Positions 1 through 8,753 of a stretch of 51,051 nucleotides of DNA are shown one piece after another. A model generated the notes under the pieces. That model had not been told where the DNA came from, made no database searches, and was given only the letters and a program-made list of their open reading frames with translations. The DNA comes from Actinomycetota bacterium (lineage in GTDB: Bacteria; Actinomycetota; UBA4738; HRBIN12). A program made the translations under genes and the position numbers. The stretch's first letter is position 1. Every line of letters begins with the position of its first letter. Where the stretch lies: positions 1-51,051 of the forward strand of contig JBOGVK010000243.1 in NCBI GenBank assembly GCA_050692375.1. The letters run 5' to 3'.

Positions 1-1
1 T

Positions 2-1873
2 CAGGTCCGCCGAGCCGATGAAGAAGCGCACGCCCCGCCCTTCGTTGCCGAACCGATAGATCCGAGAATGCTCGAGGTAGCGGCCGACGATCGACCGGAC
101 GCGTATGTGATCGGACATGCCGGGCACCCCGGGGCGCAGACAGCTGATCCCGCGAACGATGAGGTCGATCTCCGTCCCCGCGCGCGACGCCTCGTACAGC
201 GCATCGATCATCTCAGAGTCGACGAGGCTGTTCATCTTCATGACGATGCGGCCGTCGGGCGCCTCCGCCTCGCGTCGGATCATCTCGAGCAGCCGGGAAC
301 GCAACGTGATCGGAGCAACCAGGATCCGGCGATACGCCTGCTGGTGGCTGTAGCCGGTGAGGTAGTTGAACAGGTCGGCCACATCCGCGGTGATGTCCGG
401 GTCGGCGGTGAGTAGCCCGAAGTCCTCATAGAGCGTGGCCGTCACCGAGTGGTAGTTCCCGGTTCCGACGTGGCAGTACCGACGGATCGTGTCTCCCTCC
501 TCGCGCACGACCAACGAGCACTTCGCGTGGGTCTTCAGACCGACAACGCCGTACACGACGTGCACGCCGGCTTGCTCCAGCACCCGCGCTCCGGTGATAT
601 TCGTCTCCTCATCGAAGCGCGCAGTGAGCTCGACGAGCGCCACGGTCTGCTTGCCGGACTCCGCCGCGCGGACGAGCGCACGGACGATGGGACTGTCCTG
701 GCCGGATGTGCGGTAAAGGGTCTGCTTGATGGCCAGCACCGACGGGTCACGCGCAGCCTGCTCGACGAAGAGCTCGACCGACGTGGAGAACGAGTCGTAC
801 GGGTGGTGCACCAGGACGTCGCCTTCGCTGATCACGCTGAAGATGTCGGTGACACCGTTCGCGCCGGGCTGCAGGCGAGGCTGCGTGACCCCGACCCACC
901 GGTCGAACTTCAGGTCGGGTCGGTCGAGCTTCGTGAGCTCCATCAGATCGCCCAGCCCCATGATCGACTTCGTGACGAAGACGTCGGACGGGTCGACGTG
1001 CAGCTCCGCTTCGATCAGCGAACGGACGGCCTTCGGCATGGAGCGGTGGATCTCCAGGCGCACGGCCTCGGGTGAACGCTCGCGTTGACGAAGGATCGAT
1101 TCGATCGCCGCCAGCAGGTCGTCCGCCTCGTCGATCTCGAGATCGAGATCGAGGTCCCTGGTTACGCGGAATGGGTGCACCGCAAGGATCTCCATACCCG
1201 GGAAGAGCAGGTCCAGGTTCGCCGCGATCACCTGCTCCTGCGGGATGAAGCGCTCGCCGTCTGGCAGCGGCAGCAGCCGCACGATGTTCGGCGGCACCTT
1301 CACCCGCGCGAACCGCCGGATATGGGTCGACGGATCGCGGACCACGACCGCCAGGTTCAACGACAGGTCCGAGATGTAGGGGAACGGGTGCGCGGGATCC
1401 ACAGAAAGAGGTGTGAGGATCGGGAAGACGCGACGCTCGAACGTCTGACGGAGGTGGACGCGATCATCGTCGCCCAGGTCCTCCCACTCCACGACGCTGA
1501 TGCCGGCCGCATCCAAACGCGGCCGAACGCTCTTCGCCCAGATCTGGTGCTGCCGGATCTTCAACAACCGAACGCGTTCGCTGATCGCATCGAGCTGCTC
1601 ACGAGCGGTCATCCCATCAGGCGAGGTCGCGGCCAAGCCCACCGAGAGCTGTTCCTTCAGACCTGCGACGCGGATCTGGAAGAACTCGTCGAGGTTGTTG
1701 CTGAAGATCGCCAGGAATCGAACCCGCTCGAGCAGCGGCAGGCTGTTGTCCTCCGCGAGGACCAGCACGCGCGCGTTGAAGTCCAACCACGACAGCTCTC
1801 GATTGGCGAAGCGTCCGACCGACATCCCATAGGTCGCAGGGCTGATGGAAGGAACATGTGTTTCGCTCGCCAT
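2..1873 (-). CDS. ppk: polyphosphate kinase 1 (PPK1); C-terminal end runs off the left window edge
   Basis: Absent from the supplied ORF track because no stop lies in the window. My own minus-strand translation from the ATG at 1873..1871 stays open to base 2: MASETHVPSISPATYGMSVGRFANRELSWLDFNARVLVLAEDNSLPLLERVRFLAIFSNNLDEFFQIRVAGLKEQ..., later ...GLKTHAKCSLVVREEGDTIRRYCHVGTGNYH... These match the PPK1 N-domain and phospho-His region as I recall the family. Confidence 0.9.
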   Translation of the reverse strand, partial: MASETHVPSISPATYGMSVGRFANRELSWLDFNARVLVLAEDNSLPLLERVRFLAIFSNNLDEFFQIRVAGLKEQLSVGLAATSPDGMTAREQLDAISERVRLLKIRQHQIWAKSVRPRLDAAGISVVEWEDLGDDDRVHLRQTFERRVFPILTPLSVDPAHPFPYISDLSLNLAVVVRDPSTHIRRFARVKVPPNIVRLLPLPDGERFIPQEQVIAANLDLLFPGMEILAVHPFRVTRDLDLDLEIDEADDLLAAIESILRQRERSPEAVRLEIHRSMPKAVRSLIEAELHVDPSDVFVTKSIMGLGDLMELTKLDRPDLKFDRWVGVTQPRLQPGANGVTDIFSVISEGDVLVHHPYDSFSTSVELFVEQAARDPSVLAIKQTLYRTSGQDSPIVRALVRAAESGKQTVALVELTARFDEETNITGARVLEQAGVHVVYGVVGLKTHAKCSLVVREEGDTIRRYCHVGTGNYHSVTATLYEDFGLLTADPDITADVADLFNYLTGYSHQQAYRRILVAPITLRSRLLEMIRREAEAPDGRIVMKMNSLVDSEMIDALYEASRAGTEIDLIVRGISCLRPGVPGMSDHIRVRSIVGRYLEHSRIYRFGNEGRGVRFFIGSADL

Positions 1874-1961
1874 GGGAAGATCCTCGCGTTGGGGATGCTT
1901 GTGAGAAAGGGTACCCCACGCCACTCCGCTGACGCGAACAGCACCCGACCTCCAGGGTTGG

Positions 1962-2774
1962 GTGCTTCGCCCGCCTCCCGCGTTCGTGGAAGATGGCGGC
2001 GTGACCCACCTGGAGACGGTCCTCACCGTGCTCGTCGGGCTCCTCGCGGGGCTGCTTTCGGGCCTGTTCGGCGTCGGGGGTGGCATCGTGATGACGCCGG
2101 GTCTCTCGGCACTTGCTGGGGTGGCCCCGATCGTCGCGGTCGCCACGCCGCTCCCGGTGATCCTGCCGACCGCGATGGTGGGTGCGTTCACGTACCACCG
2201 AGCGGGAGAGGTGGACGTCCGCGCGGCGGCGTGGATCTCGCTCACGGGCGCTGGGGCGTCCGCGGTGGGCGCGCTCCTGACGCGGGTCGTCAACGCTCGC
2301 CTGCTGCTGATCGTCACCGCGCTACTGCTCGTGTGGCAGTCGATCCAGATCCTTCGCGGACGTTCGCGGTCGGCCCCCACGGACGAGCGACCGACACGGT
2401 GGTGGGCTCTGGCGCTCGTCGGCGTGGGCGCCGGACTGGTGTCGGGTCTCCTCGGGATCGGGGGCGGAACGCTGATCGTGCCGGCGCTCGCCGGGATGCT
2501 CGGCATGCCGTTGAAGCGAGCGCTGGGAACCTCGCTCGTCGCCGTCGTCGTGCTGGTGATCCCCGGAACGATCGTGCACGCGGCGCTCGGCCACCTGGAT
2601 TGGGCGGCGGCGCTGTTCCTGGTGATGGGATCACTCCCGGGTGCGCGCATCGGAGCGAGGATCGCCCTCGGAACCGAAGAGCGGACACTCCGGCTGCTGG
2701 TGGGGAGCTTCCTTGCCATCGTCGCGGTGGCCTACGGGGTGCAGCAGATCGTCGAGCTGACGTCATCGCGGTAG
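1962..2774 (+). CDS. TauE/SafE (DUF81) family anion/sulfite exporter membrane protein
   Basis: ORF track 1962..2774. Polytopic membrane protein with two internal G-rich repeats (LLSGLFGVGGGIVMTPGL and LVSGLLGIGGGTLIVPAL) typical of the TauE/SafE family. Start is uncertain: in-frame GTGs at 1962, 1986 and 2001. Confidence 0.8.
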   Translation: MLRPPPAFVEDGGVTHLETVLTVLVGLLAGLLSGLFGVGGGIVMTPGLSALAGVAPIVAVATPLPVILPTAMVGAFTYHRAGEVDVRAAAWISLTGAGASAVGALLTRVVNARLLLIVTALLLVWQSIQILRGRSRSAPTDERPTRWWALALVGVGAGLVSGLLGIGGGTLIVPALAGMLGMPLKRALGTSLVAVVVLVIPGTIVHAALGHLDWAAALFLVMGSLPGARIGARIALGTEERTLRLLVGSFLAIVAVAYGVQQIVELTSSR

Positions 2775-3101
2775 CGCTGGGCCGACCTTCCAACTGGCGA
2801 TCCTCCCCTGGGATGGGCTTCCCTGCCCCTCATCCGCGATTCATCCGAACACCCTCGATGAACCCCCCTCGCACGAGATGACGATCGGTGTGATCCGAAC
2901 TGCTCTGGCCCGCGTATCTCCAACGCCGGCGAAACAACCGTTGCGGGGCTCCGGTGAGGGGAGGGATGCGATAGCGAGAACACTAGGTCACACGATTCGT
3001 CGCGTTCCAACGGCCCCGAGCGCGTCGCGCCCCCGATGATCATCGTCACTGCTCGCGCGTTCCGCACGGTCGCCGTCGGCTCTTTCAAGGGAGGTGAGCA
3101 C

Positions 3102-4055
3102 ATGGCAGATCACCTGGACGCACCCGGCCTGATGTCGCCCGGCATGGATGCCAGCATCGACATCACCGACAACTACGCGTTCCAAAAGCCCGGGGATCCG
3201 AACAAGACGATCCTCATGATGAACGTGAATCCACTCGCCCCGACGCTCGCGTCGGCGTTCAACACCGACGCCGTGTATCAGATCAACGTGGACAACAACG
3301 GCGACGCGAAGACCGACGTCTCGTTTCGCATCAGGTTCACCGACAACGAGGGTGGCGGTCAGACAGCAACGGTCAGGCGGCAGACGGGCACCAACGCGCT
3401 CAACGTTGGTTCAGGGGGTCACGTCGTCATCAACAACGCTCCGGTGTCCTTCGGCTCCGACGCGCTGGTAACGACGGCCTTCCCGTTCCGCTTCTTCGCC
3501 GGGATCCGCAGCGATCCGTTCTTCTTCGATCTGCTCGGATTCCTGAACGGTTTCCAGTTCACTGGCAGCGACTTCTTCCTCGACAGGAACGTGTTCGCGA
3601 TCGTGCTCGAGGTTCCGAACTCGTCGCTCGGATCCGATCCGAATGTCGGGATCTGGTCTCGGTGCATCCAGCCCGTGTCGGGGAAGAAGACCCAGATCGA
3701 CCGCATGGGGCGTCCGGCGATCAACACGGTCTTCAACCACGGCGACGACAAGAACATCTTCAATTCGCTCACACCCGACAAAGACCGGACGACGTTCGAG
3801 ACGAGCTTCGTCGCCACGCTCGAGTCGTTCGGGCACTCCGCGAGCGAGGCGACGGCCATCGCTGAGATCCTTTTGCCCGATCTGCTCACGTACGACTTCT
3901 CGAACGCTGGAGGGTTCCTGAACGGCCGCAACCTGACTGACGACGTGATCGACATCGCGCTGAACCTCGTCACGAACGGTGCCGTCACCGGGGATGGGGC
4001 CTCACACCACACGGACCTTCTCCCCGACTTCCCCTACCAAGGGAACCCTCACTGA
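3102..4055 (+). CDS. DUF4331 family protein (no signal peptide)
   Basis: ORF 3036..4055 trimmed to ATG 3102, just downstream of GGGAGGTGAG. The N-terminus MADHLDAPGLMSPGMDASIDITDNYAFQKPGDP matches the HxDAP...D(I/L)TDxYAF signature I associate with DUF4331. No N-terminal hydrophobic segment. Confidence 0.75.
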   Translation: MADHLDAPGLMSPGMDASIDITDNYAFQKPGDPNKTILMMNVNPLAPTLASAFNTDAVYQINVDNNGDAKTDVSFRIRFTDNEGGGQTATVRRQTGTNALNVGSGGHVVINNAPVSFGSDALVTTAFPFRFFAGIRSDPFFFDLLGFLNGFQFTGSDFFLDRNVFAIVLEVPNSSLGSDPNVGIWSRCIQPVSGKKTQIDRMGRPAINTVFNHGDDKNIFNSLTPDKDRTTFETSFVATLESFGHSASEATAIAEILLPDLLTYDFSNAGGFLNGRNLTDDVIDIALNLVTNGAVTGDGASHHTDLLPDFPYQGNPH

Positions 4056-4074
4056 CCAGGAAGGGGTGGCACGG

Positions 4075-4548
4075 ATGACCGACTACAACAGGAGGGATTT
4101 CCTCAAGCTCGCGGGAGCCGGCACGGCCGCGGCCGCGGTGGTGGGCAGCGGCACCTTCGCAACGCTCCGGTTGATCGAGTCGAAGACCAAGAGCGGAACG
4201 ATGACGTTCCGGGCCGTGACCGGATTGCCTCAACAGCCGCTCCCTGCATACGCGTCCTACGTCTTGGATGGGACCGTAGACCTCGCATCAGGAACCGGCG
4301 CCGTCCGGAGGATGTTGTTCGCCGGCGCGCCTGAGTCGATGAGCTCGATCGCGTTCCAGGAGCTCACGCGCGATCTGCGGGTGACCAGCATCCGCGGAAG
4401 CGGGAACCGTCTCACGCTGAACACGGTGATCGACGGCGCGCTGCATCCGGGCGAGTCGCGCACCGGAACCATCGTTGTCGACCGGTCAAGCGGAGAGGTG
4501 CAGGCACCGTTCGTCGGGAACGACGTGATGATGCAGCTGCAACCCTGA
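4075..4548 (+). CDS. Tat-signal secreted protein of unknown function (157 aa)
   Basis: ORF 3979..4548 trimmed to ATG 4075 (AGGAAGGGG upstream; 19 nt after the DUF4331 stop). MTDYNRRDFLKLAGAGTAAAAVVGSGTFA carries a twin-arginine motif plus h-region. No family recognised for the rest. Confidence 0.7.
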   Translation: MTDYNRRDFLKLAGAGTAAAAVVGSGTFATLRLIESKTKSGTMTFRAVTGLPQQPLPAYASYVLDGTVDLASGTGAVRRMLFAGAPESMSSIAFQELTRDLRVTSIRGSGNRLTLNTVIDGALHPGESRTGTIVVDRSSGEVQAPFVGNDVMMQLQP

Positions 4549-4882
4549 GATCGGACCCTCTCACGGCCGAGGGCCGGGGTGGGGCGCCAAGGGCTCCCTA
4601 TCCCGGCCGACGTCGCTCGACCGCATCCTGCGATCAACGCAGGGGGAAGTTGTCTTTTCATGAGTGGCGCACGACCATCCGGATCGAAGTGAGACTCCAG
4701 CGGAGTAGGTAGCCGAGCTCGAAGGTCTCACCCCTTTGATCCCACGGCTTCATCAGATGCCGCGGCAGCGTTGGATACACTCATCGGCGACCCAGATGGC
4801 TTCCTGCGTGATCAAGATCGGGTGATCATGAGCGCGGACATTTCTGGAGCCGGAGGTCGAACCTGCGCGTAGAACCGCAAGC

Positions 4883-4955
4883 GGTCCCATCGTCTAGTGG
4901 CCTAGGACACCACCCTCTCAAGGTGGAGACACGGGTTCGAACCCCGTTGGGACTA
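4883..4955 (+). tRNA. tRNA-Glu (anticodon CUC)
   Basis: Hand-folded cloverleaf. Acceptor GGTCCCA/TGGGACT (G1-U72 wobble). D arm GTCT-AGTGGCCTA-GGAC. Anticodon arm CCACC-CTCTCAA-GGTGG with CTC at 4917..4919. T arm ACGGG-TTCGAAC-CCCGT. Discriminator A. CCA is not encoded (followed by CCC). Confidence 0.85.
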
Positions 4956-5019
4956 CCCAGAGATCGCAGGCGCGCAACCCGGAACGTCGCCGGATCGCCG
5001 ATATCCTGGGCCCTCACCG

Positions 5020-6321
5020 ATGACACTCAGCGCCCCGGAACTCGCGCACGTCCTGCTCGCGCTCGGTCTGCTCCTGGCAGCCGCCCACGGCTGCGGCTAC
5101 CTCATGACCCACTTCCACCAGCCGAGAGTGATCGGCGAGATCGTCGGCGGTCTCCTGCTCGGACCGACCCTCTTCGGAGCGATCGCGCCCTCGGCTCAGG
5201 CCGCCGCGTTTCCCTCCGCCGGATCCGCGCCGCTCGCCCTCGATGCCATGTACCAGTTGGGACTCCTGCTGTTGATGTTCTGCGCCGGTGCCGAGATCCG
5301 CGGCTTCTTCCATCGCGAGGAACGCAAGGCGGTCGGATGGATCAGCGTGGTCGGGATGCTCGTGCCGTTCGGGGCTGGGCTCCTGGCGGGCGCGGTGCTC
5401 CATCTCCGGAGCCTGCACGGGCCGGCATCGACAGACGCAGCATTCATCATCGTGTTCAGCGCCGCGATCGCGATCACGAGCATCCCGGTGATCTCACGGA
5501 TCATGTTCGACCTCGGGATACTGGAGTTTGCCTTCGCGCGGATCGTGCTCGGCGTGGCTGTCGTGGAAGACGTCGTGCTCTACGTCCTGCTGGCGATCGC
5601 CCTCGGGCTCGTGTCCAAGGGACCCGCGGACACCTGGGGGCTTCCCGTCAAGCTCGGCATCTCTCCGGGGAGCACGGGGAACGTCGTCTACCACATCGTC
5701 GCCGAGCTCGGGTTCCTGATCGCGTTCCTTTCGCTGGGACCATGGGTCTACAAGCGACTCCTGCACAAGTACAACCCCGTGAAGCGCGGGAGCCCGATCG
5801 CGTTCCAGATCGTGTTCATGTTGGGTCTCTCCTCGCTCGCGATGTGGCTCGGCGTCGTCCCGCTCTTCGGCGCGTTCGTGGCCGGTCTCGTCGTCTCGAC
5901 CTCAACCGGTGAGGGTGCAGCGAAGGCCCGAGAGAGCATCAAGGAGTTCTCGTTCGCGTTCTTCATCCCCGTCTATTTCGCGATCGTGGGGCTCCGGCTC
6001 GACCTCCTGAACCATTTCAGCCTGCTCTTCTTCGTGCCCTTCTTCGTGTTCGCCTGCGTGGTGAAGTCCCTCTCGGTCTACGCGGGAGCTCGGCTCGGAG
6101 GCGAGGGGAAGGACGCTGCCCGCAACCTCGCGGTTGGGTTGAACGCCCGGGGCGGGCCGGGGATCGTGCTCGCATCGATCGCGCTGGACGCGAAGATCAT
6201 CAGCGAGTCCTTCTACTCCTCGCTCGTTATGCTCGCGGTCCTCACGTCGCTCCTTGCCGGCGTGTGGCTCGGTCGGATCGTTCGCAGCGGTCGATCGTTG
6301 CGACAGGAGGCCGAAGGCTGA
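5020..6321 (+). CDS. cation:proton antiporter (CPA2 / Kef-NapA type Na+/H+ exchanger family)
   Basis: 433-aa polytopic membrane protein. The N-terminus ...HFHQPRVIGEIVGGLLLGPTLFG... and overall hydrophobic pattern match the Na_H_Exchanger family as I recall it. Confidence 0.85.
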   Translation: MTLSAPELAHVLLALGLLLAAAHGCGYLMTHFHQPRVIGEIVGGLLLGPTLFGAIAPSAQAAAFPSAGSAPLALDAMYQLGLLLLMFCAGAEIRGFFHREERKAVGWISVVGMLVPFGAGLLAGAVLHLRSLHGPASTDAAFIIVFSAAIAITSIPVISRIMFDLGILEFAFARIVLGVAVVEDVVLYVLLAIALGLVSKGPADTWGLPVKLGISPGSTGNVVYHIVAELGFLIAFLSLGPWVYKRLLHKYNPVKRGSPIAFQIVFMLGLSSLAMWLGVVPLFGAFVAGLVVSTSTGEGAAKARESIKEFSFAFFIPVYFAIVGLRLDLLNHFSLLFFVPFFVFACVVKSLSVYAGARLGGEGKDAARNLAVGLNARGGPGIVLASIALDAKIISESFYSSLVMLAVLTSLLAGVWLGRIVRSGRSLRQEAEG

Positions 6322-6340
6322 GCGCAAAGCAGTGCGATGT

Positions 6341-6556
6341 TCAGTCGCGGTGCTGGCCGACCACCGCGGAGATGTGGCACTCGCACTCGTCATCGGAGCA
6401 GCCCTTCTGCCGCTCGCGCCCGGGTTCCCACACGAGGTCGCGATCGTCCTCCGCGTAGAGGTATCGGCATCCGCACCAGTAGCAGACGTCGCGCATCACC
6501 TGGTGCCAGTTGCCGTCGACATCCTTGCGCTCCGGCAGGTTCAGCAACTTCGCCAT
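6341..6556 (-). CDS. small cysteine-rich protein of unknown function (71 aa)
   Basis: ORF track 6341..6556. GGGGAAGGGGG RBS-like run a few nt upstream of the ATG. Almost every codon ends in G/C, as in real genes of this window. Six Cys arranged CYWCGC ... CSDDECEC plus several His. No family recognised. Confidence 0.6.
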   Translation of the reverse strand: MAKLLNLPERKDVDGNWHQVMRDVCYWCGCRYLYAEDDRDLVWEPGRERQKGCSDDECECHISAVVGQHRD

Positions 6557-6609
6557 CTGGCCCCCTTCCCCAAGGTGTGCCGTCGTGCAGATGGGCCGTC
6601 ATCGGGATG

Positions 6610-7956
6610 CTAGGACGACGGCTCCACCGAGGGAAGCACCTCCACAGGTTCGTCCGCCAATTCTTCTTCTGTGTCCTCTGCTGTATCTTCTTGCGGCATG
6701 AGGTCGCGGACCACGACCAATCGCCGCTCGACAGGCTCGGTCTCGGGAACGATCACGACGTTGGACGCACGCGCCGAAGACGGGAGTGCGCCGAAGAACA
6801 CCAGGCCGATCAGGCCGACCACCGCCCCGCCGAGGCCTCCGATCAGCAGTACGGCACGCGAATGCAACAAGGCGACGAGCACCCCTCCGAGCGCCGTCGC
6901 ACCGAGTTGACCGGCCATCACAACCCCGAAGTAGGCGGAGTACACCCGGCCGCGGAGTTGGTCGGGCACGCGGTGATGGAGCAAGCTCCTCATAGAAACG
7001 GTCACCACTCCGTTCGCGACACCTCCCAAAGCGAACATGCTGAGAGCAAGCGCGACCGCCGGGAACACGGCCGCGATCGCTACCGCGACACCCCCACCGA
7101 ACGAGGCGACGAGGATGGCGGGTGCCAATCGAGCCTCTGGCAGCCGTCGAGCGATGACGGCGGCGCCGACGACCATCCCGGCCAACCAGACGGCGGCGAG
7201 CGCTCCGTACCCCCAGTTCCCGGCGTTTAAGACGTTGCGGGCGAAGAACACTTCGGCCACGTTGTCCATCGCCGCGAACAGCACCGTCGCCGCGATGGCG
7301 ACGACCGCGATGAGGAGGACGCGATCGTGCGCGAGGAACGAGAACCCTCTCCTGGCCTCCCCTTTCTGGCGTCGTCCATGTTCGGTCGGATCGGGAGGGC
7401 GACGGATCGCGAGCGACGCGGCGGCCGAAGTGATCACGAGGAATGTGATCGCATCGACCAGCAACGCCGCGTCTGACTTCCCCGTGGCGGCGGCGAGGCC
7501 CCCCGCGATGATCGGACCGGCGACCATCCCGATGTAGCGGGCGGTCTCCATGTTGGCGTTCGCCTCCGTGAGGTCCTCCTCGTCGACGACCATCGGCATG
7601 ATCGCGAACACCGCCGGCGAAGCCACCGAAGCGACGGATCCCAACAGGAACGACAGCGCGACGATCGCCCAGACGGGATGAACGAACGCGAGCCCGACCG
7701 CAAGACCCGCTTGCATCGCCGAGGCGATGGCGAGCGTGCCGGTGCTCTCGGTGCGATCCACGATAGAACCGGCGAGCGGAGAGAACAGCACGAGCGGCAC
7801 GATCCCCGCGAGCAGGACGGCCGAAACCGCGATGCCGGAGTGACTGATGTCGAAGACCTTGATGGTCAACGCGACGAGAGCGAGCTCGTCGCCGAGCGAG
7901 GACAGCCCGTTCGACACGACCAGAAAGCGGAAGTCACGCGACCGCAGAAGGCGCAC
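6610..7956 (-). CDS. MFS transporter
   Basis: 448 aa with about 12 hydrophobic segments. N-terminus MRLLRSRDFRFLVVSNGLSSLGDELALVAL is typical of the MFS_3 / enterobactin-exporter-like group. Acidic C-terminal tail. GTG start. Confidence 0.85.
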   Translation of the reverse strand: MRLLRSRDFRFLVVSNGLSSLGDELALVALTIKVFDISHSGIAVSAVLLAGIVPLVLFSPLAGSIVDRTESTGTLAIASAMQAGLAVGLAFVHPVWAIVALSFLLGSVASVASPAVFAIMPMVVDEEDLTEANANMETARYIGMVAGPIIAGGLAAATGKSDAALLVDAITFLVITSAAASLAIRRPPDPTEHGRRQKGEARRGFSFLAHDRVLLIAVVAIAATVLFAAMDNVAEVFFARNVLNAGNWGYGALAAVWLAGMVVGAAVIARRLPEARLAPAILVASFGGGVAVAIAAVFPAVALALSMFALGGVANGVVTVSMRSLLHHRVPDQLRGRVYSAYFGVVMAGQLGATALGGVLVALLHSRAVLLIGGLGGAVVGLIGLVFFGALPSSARASNVVIVPETEPVERRLVVVRDLMPQEDTAEDTEEELADEPVEVLPSVEPSS

Positions 7957-8036
7957 GGGCGCATGGTAGTCGGGAGCAATATCCCGCGCATCGCCCGAAC
8001 GGGCGAGAACGAAAGACCGCTCGTTCGCTCAGGCTG

Positions 8037-8753
8037 CTAGCAATGTGGATCGACCCAGGCAGGCGGTGGCCCGAGGGGCACGCCGGCGTGGTTCGCGAGT
8101 CCCCTCAGGCGCTGCCGGTACACCTGCATGTCCGCGTGTTGCCAATCGGCATGCGTTTGGCAGCGCCACGAAGGGTAGAGCTCGTGGTGGTAGGGGCTCA
8201 TCAGGGTCTCGGCGTGACCGATCACGTTGCGGACCTGGATCCCGAACCGATCCATCAACCACAACGTGAGCAGGAGCGAGGAGCGCATCATCGCCGGGTT
8301 CGACAGGATCTGCTGGTCGCTCGTCCCCACATGCTCGATGCCGATCGCGGTCCAGTTCATGCCGATGGCGTGGCGGCAGCGCACGTGCAGGTTGACCAGT
8401 TGATAGATCGTGCCGTCGGTGTCGATCACGAAGTGCGCGCAAACACCAGGCAGCTCGCCCAGGTGCACGCTGTTCGCCGCGAAGGTGGCCCACGCGCCGG
8501 CGAACGTCGTGCCGTCCGTGTAGTGCTCGACGATCACGCGCGGGTCATGCAAGCGCCAGGTCCACGTGGCGTAGTGGCGACGAGAGTACGCGCCCATCTC
8601 CATCCGGCGATCGTGACCGAACGGGATCGGACGCCACACGATCGGTGGCCGAGCGTCACGAGACCACGCGAGCGGTACCGAATGAGCGACCGGTGTGGCG
8701 AACGTGCCGGCGAGCGCTGCGGCGACCGCGAGGACGCCGAGCGCCCGCTTCAT
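8037..8753 (-). CDS. secreted N-acetylmuramoyl-L-alanine amidase (Amidase_2 / PGRP fold)
   Basis: Signal peptide MKRALGVLAVAAALAGTFATPVAHS. Motifs VIVEHYTDG, AHFVIDTDGTIYQ, IGIEHVG and NVIGHAE are typical of zinc amidase_2 enzymes. Its ATG overlaps the gltX stop (ATGA at 8750..8753). Confidence 0.8.
   Translation of the reverse strand: MKRALGVLAVAAALAGTFATPVAHSVPLAWSRDARPPIVWRPIPFGHDRRMEMGAYSRRHYATWTWRLHDPRVIVEHYTDGTTFAGAWATFAANSVHLGELPGVCAHFVIDTDGTIYQLVNLHVRCRHAIGMNWTAIGIEHVGTSDQQILSNPAMMRSSLLLTLWLMDRFGIQVRNVIGHAETLMSPYHHELYPSWRCQTHADWQHADMQVYRQRLRGLANHAGVPLGPPPAWVDPHC

Noticed and set aside
1085-2881. 598-aa plus-strand ORF spanning the ppk 5' region, the intergenic region and the TauE gene
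   Set aside because: It is Arg/Pro/Gly/Ala-rich low-complexity translation. It is antisense to a well-supported PPK1 frame and out of frame with a well-supported TauE gene. This is a typical GC-rich open-frame artefact.
2878-3057. 59-codon plus-strand ORF (MTIGVIRTALARVS...) in the long intergenic region
   Set aside because: Its third-position GC is far lower than in real genes of this window, it has no RBS, and it has no recognisable motif.
4840-4882. tRNA-like fragment (GGAGGTCGAACC / GGTTCGACCTCC) just upstream of tRNA-Glu, considered as a second tRNA or an att-site duplicate
   Set aside because: It cannot be folded into a T arm plus acceptor stem on either strand, and it is not a repeat of the tRNA-Glu 3' end.
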